DNA from: Schizochytrium sp. TIO01
Taxonomy: Eukaryota > Protista > Bigyra: Labyrinthulomycetes
Assembly: GCA_004764695.1 (NCBI GenBank)
Contig: SMSO01000034.1
Span: 4,464,001 to 4,528,000, forward strand
DNA length: 64,000 bases
Direction: 5' to 3'
The position numbers and the translations under genes are program-made. The notes under the pieces are model-generated. The model was not told where the DNA came from. It searched no databases and worked only from the letters and a program-made list of their open reading frames with translations. Positions 34,441-44,500 of this stretch are shown here, piece by piece (position 1 is the stretch's first letter; each line of letters begins with the position of its first letter).

Positions 34441-34598
34441 TAATGTCCTAAATTAACCTTCGCAGACATTTAATATGGTATTTAATATCCTTCACATGGC
34501 CTCTAGTATGGTAGTTTATTATGCTTATCCTCGCCCTAATGCTCGGGCCTTGTCCTAAATTCACCTTGAGAAGCGAGTAATATGGTCTTAAATTAAGT
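34441..34598. promoter_or_regulatory. Degenerate ~30-bp repeat array in the APC6-RPL13A divergent intergenic region
   Basis: TGTCCTAAATT(A/C)ACCTT twice and TA(A/G)TATGGT three times. The regulatory role is inferred only. Confidence 0.4.
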
Positions 34599-34643
34599 GG
34601 GCCCCGTCTCAAATTGGCTGCCCCTCGAGCGCGCCTTAAGTTC

Positions 34644-35166
34644 TCCTTTGCGCCGGCTCGCCTGCCACCGCGCTTCCTTCGCGCTCTCGGCCTCCCTCAG
34701 TTCCCAGGGTTCTCCGTTTTACGGCGCATACCGGCGCCGAGTTCTCCCTACCCTTCTCCCTACGCTTTCCCCCTTACACCCGGGTAATGCAGGGAACCTT
34801 TGGGTGGCCCTCCTCGGTCGTCGCATTCTCCGTGCGTCTGCCTATGGACCCAGTGTATGCGAAGGGGGTTTTAGTTGTATAGGAGTTCCGATTCTGGTGC
34901 ACTCCGCACCGTACGATGGTAACGCGGGGAGCAAAGAGTTGGTGGTGGCGATGGCCTAGTATACTGGACTTGGGCTGTGAATGTTTCACTTGTGCGTGGC
35001 GGGGTAAGTGGGGTATAGGCGTGTGGCAAGTGGGTTAAAGCGGGTGAAAGTGGTTTATAGGGCGCAGTAAAGAGTGGCAGAGAAAGAAAGGCGGAGAAAG
35101 AGAGGTAAAGAGAGAGAGGCATTAATAACTGTGTTGTTGGCGGAGGAAGGGCAGACGCGGAAGGGA
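34644..35166 (+). other. Long imperfect fold-back (putative structured 5' leader/intron RNA) upstream of RPL13A
   Basis: More than 10 colinear nested helices with G-U wobbles on the + strand, paired by eye; see findings. Confidence 0.6.
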
Positions 35167-35211
35167 TCAATCAGAAGAGGATCGATCGATCATCATTTGC
35201 AGGTGAGCACA

Positions 35212-35811
35212 ATGTTTGAGCGCGTCGTCGTCGTGGACTGCCGCGGGCACCTGATCGGTCGCCTTGCGAGCATCATCGCCAAGGAGCTCCTCTGCGGCCA
35301 GCGCGTGGTTGCTGTCCGCTGCGAGGAGCTCGAGATCTCCGGTCACATCTGGCGCAACCGCATCAAGCTCGAGGACAAATTCGCCAAGAAGACCAACTCC
35401 AACCCTGAGCGTGGCCCCTTCTCCATCCGCGCCCCGGCTGCCCAGCTCAAGCGCATGATCCGTGGCATGCTCCCCCACAAGACTGCCCGTGGCAAGGCCG
35501 CCCTCAACCGCCTCAAGACCTTCGAGGGCATCCCCCACCCCTACGACCGCATGAAGCGCATGGTTATCCCTGAGGCCCTCAAGGTCCTCCGCCTTCGCCC
35601 CGGCCGCAAGTCCACCAACCTCGGTGACCTCACCTCCCGCTACGGCTGGAAGCACCGCGAGGTTGTCGCCACCCTCGAGGAGAAGCGCAAGGTCAAGAGC
35701 GCCGCCTTCTACGAGCGCAAGGTTGCTGACAACAAGCTCATGAAGCAGGCTGCTAAGGAGGCTGACATCCCCGCTGATGCCAAGGCCACCCTCGAGCAGT
35801 TCGGATACTGA
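35212..35811 (+). CDS. RPL13A: 60S ribosomal protein L13a (uL13)
   Basis: VVVDCRGHLIGRLASIIAKELLCGQRVVAVRCE, RGMLPHKTARGKAALNRLKTFEGIP, LRLRPGRK. Extreme NNC/NNG codon bias. True start MFERV at 35212. Confidence 0.98.
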   Translation: MFERVVVVDCRGHLIGRLASIIAKELLCGQRVVAVRCEELEISGHIWRNRIKLEDKFAKKTNSNPERGPFSIRAPAAQLKRMIRGMLPHKTARGKAALNRLKTFEGIPHPYDRMKRMVIPEALKVLRLRPGRKSTNLGDLTSRYGWKHREVVATLEEKRKVKSAAFYERKVADNKLMKQAAKEADIPADAKATLEQFGY

Positions 35812-36028
35812 GCGGCTAGTTTCTCTTGCCCTCCCCCCTCCGCACATAGACAGCGCTCGCACCCTCCCGGACAGCCCCACGTAGACCTTTAACCTAAGCT
35901 AAGCATCATCCTCAGCAACTATTATGTGGACGGCGCGAAGGTAGGAATGCGTGGAGACTGGAAGGGTGGGTCGCTTAGGTACTGTTGGCTTGCTTGCAAA
36001 TGTGTTGGGCGAGAGGCGTGCTGCTTCA
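35809..36028 (+). other. Rod-like 3' UTR hairpin of RPL13A
   Basis: Seven nested helices with G-U pairs beginning at the stop codon, paired by eye; see findings. Confidence 0.6.
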
Positions 36029-37776
36029 CGAGTGCTTTTGGCGAATGTGTTGTGGTATCTTCGTGGCCGGACTGGGACTAGAAAGGACTGGCGAACTTGA
36101 TTTGGCAGGCTTGGACGGGACTGGAATGGCACAGCTCAGCAGAACCGGAGGCAAGCGGCGTGCGGCGCTCGACTGAGACTGGTATTAGCGGCGTGAGCAG
36201 CTTGTGTCCTTTTTGCATTCGTATTTTGACTTCAACTTTCTCAAATCATCTTCCACACAAAACCTTAATCATGGAGACGTACTTGCGTCACTCTTTGATT
36301 CCTTATTTTGCTTTGCTTTGCTTGACTCATTCTCTGAGGCTGTTGGACTTCAGCTTGCTTGAATTCTTGTTGAAACAAACCCTGGCAGTCGTGTTATCCA
36401 AATGAACGTAAGGTTCTTCTTGCAATCTTGCTCCTGGCTGAGGGTAGTTTCTCCCCCCTCCCCTGGATTTTCTCTGGCGTGCTTTTGATTTCGAATCATT
36501 GAGGCAGCTGCATGTGTACAAGTTGGTGAGTCCTCGGTGATCGGTCTTCTACAAAATTTCTCTGCATTCAGACCATATTGATGTCGAACATTTATAACGA
36601 AGATGCAGTTCTCTTCACGTGAGGTCTCCCAGAAGCTTCTACAATAGTATGTAGCACTATGTATGGCTCAGCTGAATCTTGTTCAACTATGGCGCACGCG
36701 AAACTGCAACTATTGAAGTTCCCCTAAAGCTCTACAATTTACTTGACCACTATGAGCAAGTCCAAGACACGCAATTGCCTCGTCTGTGCAGCTTCATTAT
36801 ATGGTTTAATCCCAAATTTTCCAGGCCTATTGGGTTCGTCCTGTAGTCATCGCCATGCAACATAGGGCAATACGGTCCTTCAACTTTATGTTAAAGCTTG
36901 GATTGAGACATCTATAGAATCAACAAGAAGTACACAAAATAACAACAACTGATTTTCTTCTTCATTACATATTTTAAAAGAGAGCTATTCATGCTAGACA
37001 AGGCGTGTTATAGTTTCAATCCCAAGCATCAAGAGCATCCCGCTCAAACATCATACTGCTTTTTATTATTGCGTACATCACAGTCCTCCATATCAGTTCC
37101 ACGAGAGGCTGCGCAACCCATTTTGCGCAACCCCAATATTTCCGTTCTTCCTGGGCTCAGTGTTCTTTTTATGTTCTTTATTGGACAAGTGAGAAGAGGC
37201 AAATCTGATTTCCCAGACTCCCGCGGATCCGCTCTCCGTGACACTGCGAATATAATATTGAAGTTTTAGAACACGAACATCTCTAAACTAGGCAGTATAG
37301 GTAGCGCCTACTGTCAAGCTGCTACCGTTGTTGTTTGTGCCAGGAAGGCCGGTGCATGAGCTACGGCAAAACCTTAAAGCAGCTTGTGCTGACTAACTAT
37401 TAAAAAGCAAAGCAAACAGCGGTCTTGTGCGACAAGCACATTAGAGTTGGGTGCTTGCAGTTTTCGCTTTGCGTGGCCTTTGACTGAACTTGGAAAGGAC
37501 GAAGACAAGGCTCTGCGTGGAAAATATTCCTGACGTAGTGGAGTCTCATCGTTTGCCCGTAGAAATTCTGCTACTACTTTGTTGTTCACGTATTTGAACC
37601 AAAGTAGAAAGGTAATTCGATCACTACAAGCTGGGTGCCCTGTAAATTTGATCCTTGCAAGACCAGCTTTGTCATCTCTCTTATTTCAAGATTATTCCTC
37701 GCCTTAGATAGCTCTGACTAGACCACTGCAAGCCTAATAAAGTAGCGTACAAAAGTCAAGTAAGAAGAAAGTCACT

Positions 37777-40700
37777 ATGTCTCGCAGGCAATTACATGTC
37801 CAGCTGCCGGTGGTCCTGGCTACTTCGAGTACAAATTTTGTACGTTTGCCAACCTCTTTCGCTCAAACTGTTCGTGCTGCTGTGCCTGCCAAACAGCAAG
37901 GTGTAGTTGCCCTTCGTCTCGGGTGGCTCGGTCCTCCGACATCAGAGAGTGGGGGCCTTGCCCGTCCTTCACAAGCTTTCGTTGGCTGGACAGATGCTAC
38001 TTCCAGCGGCCATTATCTCGAGCTCCCTACAGGTCTAGCAGAGGCTCTCGGTATTAAATCAGCTCTTGATGCAGCAGCCGCCGTCGCACCTGATACACCC
38101 CTTGTCGTTTCCGTAGCTGTAGTTCCCTTCGCGCCTGTGGCATCTAGAGTTGAAGTTGACCCGGCAACTGCAGATGACTGGGACATTTTGCAGATGCACG
38201 CCCATTTTGTTGAAGATGAGCTTCTTTCGCAGATTTCTGTGCTCGGGCCCGGCCAAAGATTTCCAATGTGGGTCCATGGTCACATTCGCATCAACATGCA
38301 GGTGTCCAGTATCTCTTTGGTGGAGCAAGGTCAAGCACTCTGTGTACGCCTTGCTCGCAACACAGAAGTTCTTGTGGCGCCAAAACTTCGCAGCAAGGAC
38401 GACCAACATCGTCTTCAGAGCCTCCGTCAACGTGAACTTGAAGGAAGCGCCTCTGCTCAAGGTTTGCGACTTCGAGTTCAACCTGTCGGGGCACAATCTG
38501 GCAATGCTCTGCTGACGTCCAAGCCAACTCAGCATCTAAAAACTGATAAATCTTCTGTGGCGGTCTCCAATTCGAGTTCAACTGCGATTGAAGAGGAAGA
38601 GGAAGACTGGAACGGGATCGCTGCAGTGCATCCTGCAACAATTCCACGCTTGGAGCGTGGTGCCGGCTGGCCAGCTTTCAAAATTCTTGATAACGGCGAT
38701 CTTGTGTACAAAGATGACCCTACGCGACCACTTATTGTAATGGTCTCGAACGAACGTCGTGTGACTCTTATGGAGCGTGCTCGCAAGTCGAAGCGAGTCG
38801 CGCTCAAACCTGCTACAGGCCTTATGTCCGTGCTTCATGAAGAACATGTTCGCCTCCGGGTGTCTGAGCGTGCTGCACCAGGTCACATCATGCTCTCTTG
38901 TGCAATTCAAGTACGCTGCAAAGTTGCTCCTCTTGAGGGCGTCGTGCTTCGAATGCCACGTTTTGAGCCTCGGCCTTGTCCCGAAGCCTTTCCTCCGCTT
39001 GGGGTTCGTCTCACAGCAATCCAAGGTCAAGATGAGGTTAATTCCGAAAATGCCATTCCGGATGAAGATTTCTGCCGCGACGCTTCTCTTGCTGCTCAGC
39101 TGTGGCAACGTCGCATGATGGTCTTCCGTCCAGGAAGTGATCCGACCTCATCATCTCATACAGCAGGGCCTTCTCAGGGTGCTCCTATCGCTGACGGGTC
39201 GATTCTCGCGCTGCACGTACGCAGCGGAAATGGTATGACTCGCCGACACAGTGAAGGGCGCGTTATCTACTTTATGGTTCGAGTTAGCGACCGAAGCAAC
39301 CCTGAGGAGAAACCCGCGAATAGTGAGGGATCTTCTTCAACTTCTGGTGAACAAGGAGCTAAGAAACGTGTACTTGAACCTGTGCATTGGCTCGTAACAC
39401 CGAGCTCAAAGATTGAATGGCAGGTAGAGAAGTACATTGTCGATGTGAGTTTGCAAAAGCTTGCAACCTCGCTTGCTGCGTCCTCTGTGGCTTTACCAGA
39501 GGACCCTGACGAAGATTCAGTTCCAGGAGGTAGCAAAACTGCATCTTTGGGGGTTGGTAAAACCTCCGGTTCTGACCAAGGTCTCGTGCAACGTGTCAAG
39601 CTTGGTGGAGTTGGAGCTCATCACAGAGAATACTTTGGCAATCCTGCTTTAGAAGACCTTGGGGCGTACGATGCGTACGGCAAAGAGGCCCTTGAGCGTC
39701 TTCGACCTGTGCTTCGACGTAAAGAAGCTCGCAGTCGCCTTTCCCTTGGAGGCCCTCATCCTGGCGGCGTTTACCTTTGCGGAGGTCGTGGAGCTGGCAA
39801 AACTGCACTGGCTCAAGCCATTGCTCGTTCGCTCCGATGTGATACAAATGCACTTGTCCAGACCATCTGGGTTTCATGTGCCAATCTCCGTGGTGGCAAG
39901 CGTAGCGAAGTCGAGTCTACGATTGCATCGGCGTTTACGAAAGCGCTGCGAATGGCTCCCGCGCTGATTGTATTCGATGACCTTGACCTTCTACTTCCCA
40001 CGCCAGCTGGTGGTGACGGTGGCGGTGGTGGTGGCGAGGACGCCCAGCTCGTATGGCTTGTTGAATGGATTGAAGATCTCTGCACACAATACCAAAGAAA
40101 GCTTGAGTCCTTTGAACGGGTTGAAATGCAAAGCGGTGAAGGACTTGAGGGTCGGAACTTGACGCATCGCGCCGTTTCGTGGTTGGCCACCGGGCGTGAA
40201 AAGGGATCTCTGCGAAAGTCCCTGCAACGCTCGGGCCTCTTTGATCGAATTGTAGAGATCCAACCACTTACTGCGCACGATCGCACTGTTGTTCTCGAGG
40301 CTCTTTTGCAGCTCCGGGGGTGTACAAGTGGGTCAAGATTAGACCTGGACGAGGTCGCAGCACAAGCTGAAGGATATGCCCCGGCAGATTTGAACACCTT
40401 GGTAGAGCGTGCAATGCACGAATCTTTGCAAGACCTTTTGCGCCAAGAGATGGATTCGTCGGAAATATCCCAAGATTGCACTGATTCGTCTAACGATGTA
40501 GCAAATGATGATCCTGTTGCTCTGGAGCAAGTGCATTTTGAGCGTGCTCTAGATGGATTTACACCGGCCGCTCTACGTGGAGTTTCGCTGGCCAAGAGTG
40601 ATGTCAAGTGGGATGATGTGGGTGGTTTACATGTGGTCCGACGAACTCTCAAGGAAACTCTGGAACTACCTATTCAGTTTGCTCCTTTGTACGAGCGCTC

Positions 40701-41541
40701 CCCACAGCGTCTTGCGTCCGGTATCTTGCTTTATGGTCCTCCAGGATGTGGTAAGACCTTGCTTGCAGGTGCTGTTGCCAAAGAATGCGGGCTTAACTTT
40801 ATCAGTGTCAAGGGACCGGAAGTGCTGAACAAGTACATTGGTGCAAGTGAACAAGCCGTACGTGATTTATTTGCACGAGGTGCCGCCGCGGCTCCTTGCG
40901 TGGTATTTTTTGATGAATTTGATGCTATTGCGCCTCGTCGCGGTAATGACTCTTCTGGTGTTACTGATCGAGTCGTGAACCAGCTGTTGACGTTCTTGGA
41001 TGGTGTTGAGACACGCTCAGGTGTCTATGTTATGGCGGCTACGTCGCGTCCTGATCTTGTCGACCCAGCTCTTCTTCGTCCTGGTCGTCTTGACAAGCAG
41101 CTGCTGTGTGGGTTTCCCGATGCCGATGAACGTGAGGATATCTTGCGTGCTGTAGCCGCGAAGATGCCTCTTTCTGAAGGTGCTCAGGAAGTCCTTCCGA
41201 AGGTGGCCCGTGCTCAGGAGGCTGAGCTCTTCACAGGTGCCGACCTTCAAGCTATCTTGTACTCTGCTCAACTCGATGCAATCCATTCTGATCTTGACGC
41301 CCACGCAGCTGATGATGCGAAGGACACCAAGGATGAAGACAAGGATCCAGCCGAAAAGGTGGAGCTTCAGGTTCAACCACACCATGTCATGAAGGCCCTT
41401 CGGGAGGCTCGGCCATCTGTCTCACGCGAAGAGCGGGATCGTTTCATGCGAATTTATAATGCGTTCAAGGGAGATCGTGGTGCTGATTTCAATGCCGTCA
41501 GTGGATATCCTGATGGAAAACAGCGCACGGCTCTCAAGTAA
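37777..41541 (+). CDS. PEX1: Peroxisomal AAA ATPase PEX1
   Basis: PEX1 N-domain VEVDPATADDWDILQMHAHFVEDELLSQI; D1 GGRGAGKT/FDDLD; D2 WDDVGGL, GPPGCGKT, FISVKGPEVLNKYIGASEQAVRDLF, FFDEFD, RVVNQLLTFLDG, LLRPGRLD. Confidence 0.96.
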   Translation: MSRRQLHVQLPVVLATSSTNFVRLPTSFAQTVRAAVPAKQQGVVALRLGWLGPPTSESGGLARPSQAFVGWTDATSSGHYLELPTGLAEALGIKSALDAAAAVAPDTPLVVSVAVVPFAPVASRVEVDPATADDWDILQMHAHFVEDELLSQISVLGPGQRFPMWVHGHIRINMQVSSISLVEQGQALCVRLARNTEVLVAPKLRSKDDQHRLQSLRQRELEGSASAQGLRLRVQPVGAQSGNALLTSKPTQHLKTDKSSVAVSNSSSTAIEEEEEDWNGIAAVHPATIPRLERGAGWPAFKILDNGDLVYKDDPTRPLIVMVSNERRVTLMERARKSKRVALKPATGLMSVLHEEHVRLRVSERAAPGHIMLSCAIQVRCKVAPLEGVVLRMPRFEPRPCPEAFPPLGVRLTAIQGQDEVNSENAIPDEDFCRDASLAAQLWQRRMMVFRPGSDPTSSSHTAGPSQGAPIADGSILALHVRSGNGMTRRHSEGRVIYFMVRVSDRSNPEEKPANSEGSSSTSGEQGAKKRVLEPVHWLVTPSSKIEWQVEKYIVDVSLQKLATSLAASSVALPEDPDEDSVPGGSKTASLGVGKTSGSDQGLVQRVKLGGVGAHHREYFGNPALEDLGAYDAYGKEALERLRPVLRRKEARSRLSLGGPHPGGVYLCGGRGAGKTALAQAIARSLRCDTNALVQTIWVSCANLRGGKRSEVESTIASAFTKALRMAPALIVFDDLDLLLPTPAGGDGGGGGGEDAQLVWLVEWIEDLCTQYQRKLESFERVEMQSGEGLEGRNLTHRAVSWLATGREKGSLRKSLQRSGLFDRIVEIQPLTAHDRTVVLEALLQLRGCTSGSRLDLDEVAAQAEGYAPADLNTLVERAMHESLQDLLRQEMDSSEISQDCTDSSNDVANDDPVALEQVHFERALDGFTPAALRGVSLAKSDVKWDDVGGLHVVRRTLKETLELPIQFAPLYERSPQRLASGILLYGPPGCGKTLLAGAVAKECGLNFISVKGPEVLNKYIGASEQAVRDLFARGAAAAPCVVFFDEFDAIAPRRGNDSSGVTDRVVNQLLTFLDGVETRSGVYVMAATSRPDLVDPALLRPGRLDKQLLCGFPDADEREDILRAVAAKMPLSEGAQEVLPKVARAQEAELFTGADLQAILYSAQLDAIHSDLDAHAADDAKDTKDEDKDPAEKVELQVQPHHVMKALREARPSVSREERDRFMRIYNAFKGDRGADFNAVSGYPDGKQRTALK

Positions 41542-44500
41542 GATGCAAAAGCAAAAGATACTCAGTACCATGTAGATGCTAGGCATTGATTAGATCCATT
41601 TATAGCACGAATAACCTAATTTATTTGTCTTTATTAACTTTCACGCGCTGTCTTAGTCGCTGTACCACCTCTGCTGTATTTTTACTTCCATACCAGTGCG
41701 TTTCATATCGCACATCATCGGAAAGTTGTCGTCAATGTAGTAACGCATACATACTACCGATCGTCCTCTCGTCTGCCCTACCTCAATGGTTAACAACTAC
41801 TACCTCTTTGTAGAATCAACAAGCTTCCTCACAGCAGCTTTGTTGAAGAAGCGTTTCATTTCCAGCGTCTGCGCACTAACTAGTGAAAAGGCTGTATCCC
41901 ATGAGCTGTGCAGCCGTAGTATCTCCCTAGTTCTTTGTTGATGATGAGAAGTTATTGCCAGTAAAGAATACGCTCGTTTCAATTGTGCGCGCGACGCATA
42001 GATGGCGGCGAGATCTTTTTAATGCTCTTTCATGAACGTTTCATACTTAGGACCACCTAAATTTAGTTACTGCAAGTGCTGACTCCACGAGGGGTTCGGT
42101 CCCGTGGCCACTACTGCAATTCGAGCCTACCTTTCAGTTCAATAAGGTCTTCATCTCTTCGAGGCGCCTTCTTCCAATCGCGCTTGTGCACCTCCCATAC
42201 TGAAAGCAAATTAACTTGAACAACCTGAATTGCTCGACCACACTCAACACACGGGGCACTTGCTTTCGGCAGCCAAAACGTTTCCATCTCTGCAACATCG
42301 TGTTATTCGATCATCGCCCAACGAAGCGAGCTGGCAGAGACGCCCGAGCCAGCAGCGATGCGAACCACCCGAATAGGCACTTGGCAGGTACGAGTCACTC
42401 CACACAAACATTCCATGGTAAGTTGCTGCCATCGTGATTGTGGCCCAGAAAGCGAGCCTGGTTTGGAGATGGACTTCTTCGCAAGTACTACAAGTACACC
42501 ACTCACCATCTTTCCAAAGTGGCGAGGACTTTTGATCAAAGAGAGCCACTTTCGCACGTGCAAAAATGCAATCGCCATGGCGTTATCACAAAGTGCAGCT
42601 TATAATTAACTATAATTCGTCACTTGTTCATCTAGCTCTAGAGTCAACAAAACTTCCTTTCCATTCCGGCCCAAGACTTTTGGGAAGGAGCTTGAATAAA
42701 CACAGTTCATGATCGTCGAACCTGAAGGCAGTTCGCCCCCCTCTCGAAAAGCAAACGAAGGGCCTGAATGCTTAGAAAGAAACTTGCAGTGCGTGCACAA
42801 CTAAAGGAGCGACGCTGACTTACTTACTCATTACAAGCTCTTTTCTGCACGCGCCGCTGCCAGTTGAGTTCAGGAAGGTTCTACTAATGCCGTACACAAT
42901 CAATTAAAGATCGTTGATGGTGAAATAGCCAACCCTCACATCTTCAAGTTCTGCGGAGACAGCAGGCAATTCGTCTCCCGATGGGAATCATGGTAATCGC
43001 CATGCTGAGGCGCGAACCAGCTCAAGCCAAGGTCGCCCACTCAAGGTATTCAGGTACCTGAGAGAAAGTAAGTGGTATTTCTTCAAGTTGGGGCCATCCG
43101 GGAGTTCTCAAAAGAGAACTTCTGCGGCCAGTGAAATACATTATTTGCTTATTTATTTACTTATTTATCATGAACTCGAATCATTGAAAATAAAATGTTA
43201 AAGTGTTACTTTTCCCTCCTTTCACATATCATGATACCTATAGAAAAGAAAAGAAAAGGAAAGAAAAAGATTTAACTCATTACCTCTGACTTTAGGGTGT
43301 GTTTCTTTTCTTGTAATTAATTAAAATCAACACAAATCGCGCTCTCCAACTTGCCAAGTGCTTCGCTGTGCGACTGTGCTGCACTCTCTTTGCATTGCTT
43401 CTCTCCAAGCAGCTTGCTGGTGGAGTAAGTTGCGCTCTACAAGATGTGAAGTGCAACTCATAAAGCCTTTCGGGCTTTCTTTCTTTGGTCTTGTGCACTG
43501 ACAATTCCACGGCCGAAACTTGAGCCTGTGCACTCCCTCAAAGGGTCTCAAGGTCGCCACATTCCTGGCCATGCGAAACCTCAACTTGCACAGCTCTCAA
43601 AGTTCGGGTCCATACATTTATCATAAGCATAATCGTCATAAGTCATGCTGGAATGGATGTACGTATTTATGTATTTATGTATGAATGTATGTTTGGATGG
43701 TGAAGCGGACTCCATACTCGTGGATTGGAGGAAGTCGCTTTGCACGTCGTGCACATCTTTGCGAGATCGGTGGCCATCATAATCCTTGGTACGTGGTGAT
43801 GACCTGTAATCAAGCATCGTGCAGGAGCCTTCAGCGCTGTCCAGCATCGGGTACCAGCCAATGCCAATCGGATGGTGGCTCGGGTTTATTGGTTCGGGTT
43901 GCGGCGGCCAAGGCAAGGTGGTTTCTGTCGCAACACGAATATGCCTGGAATAACTAACTCGAAGCTCGGGTCTTAAAGCTGATGCTTACTTACGTGCTGC
44001 CAGGTTTTACATCTCCATAGTTCGATTCTTTGGCTACCTTGATGCGTGCATGAGCAGTGGGCTCAACTCATTTGCTGGGTATGATCAGCCCACGAAATGA
44101 TGACAGAGAAGGCCAGGGTTCGATTTATTTTATTCACGCGACGGTCTGCGGCCACGTGCAGTTTGTGCAGGTGCTGTCGGCCTTGTGCATAACCTAGAAC
44201 CTCTGAAGTTTAGGATTTCGGACTTCTTGCTCGCAGGACTTGAAGAATGCGAACAAGAACTTGAGCAACGACCAGGTGGGCGTCTCCTGCTTCAATCAAG
44301 CTCAGGCCGAAGAGCTTGAGGTGATGTGGTGCAGAACTTGGAGAGGAGGCGGCGCATATCGTGTGAAACGCGCATTCAATATTGAAAAGCGAACTTTCGA
44401 TGTAAACGCGAAGAATGGAAACTATCCAGGTACGATGGTAGGTGTCATGTCATCGATCGCCGATGGAAATAGAAGCAAGCTTGTGAAACCAACACTCGAA

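Noticed and set aside
34784-35202. Intronic C/D snoRNA, as in vertebrate RPL13A
   Set aside because: No RTGATGA...CTGA pair found.
35074-35211. 46-aa N-terminal extension of RPL13A in the ORF track
   Set aside because: Non-ATG start and purine-rich low complexity; homology begins at MFERV (35212).
35167-35880. 237-aa antisense ORF over RPL13A
   Set aside because: Expected shadow of extreme NNC/NNG codon bias, which removes antisense stops; no protein features.
35809-36028. SECIS element after the TGA
   Set aside because: No RTGA/GA quartet with an apical AA recognised; uL13 ends at its normal length.
37044-37121. Minus-strand micro-ORF starting MGCAAS (myristoylation-like)
   Set aside because: Only 25 codons with no supported downstream exon; plausible by chance.
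39813-40652. Long antisense ORFs inside PEX1, CHD, AK7 and RSP4/6
   Set aside because: Shadow frames of real genes with no independent evidence.
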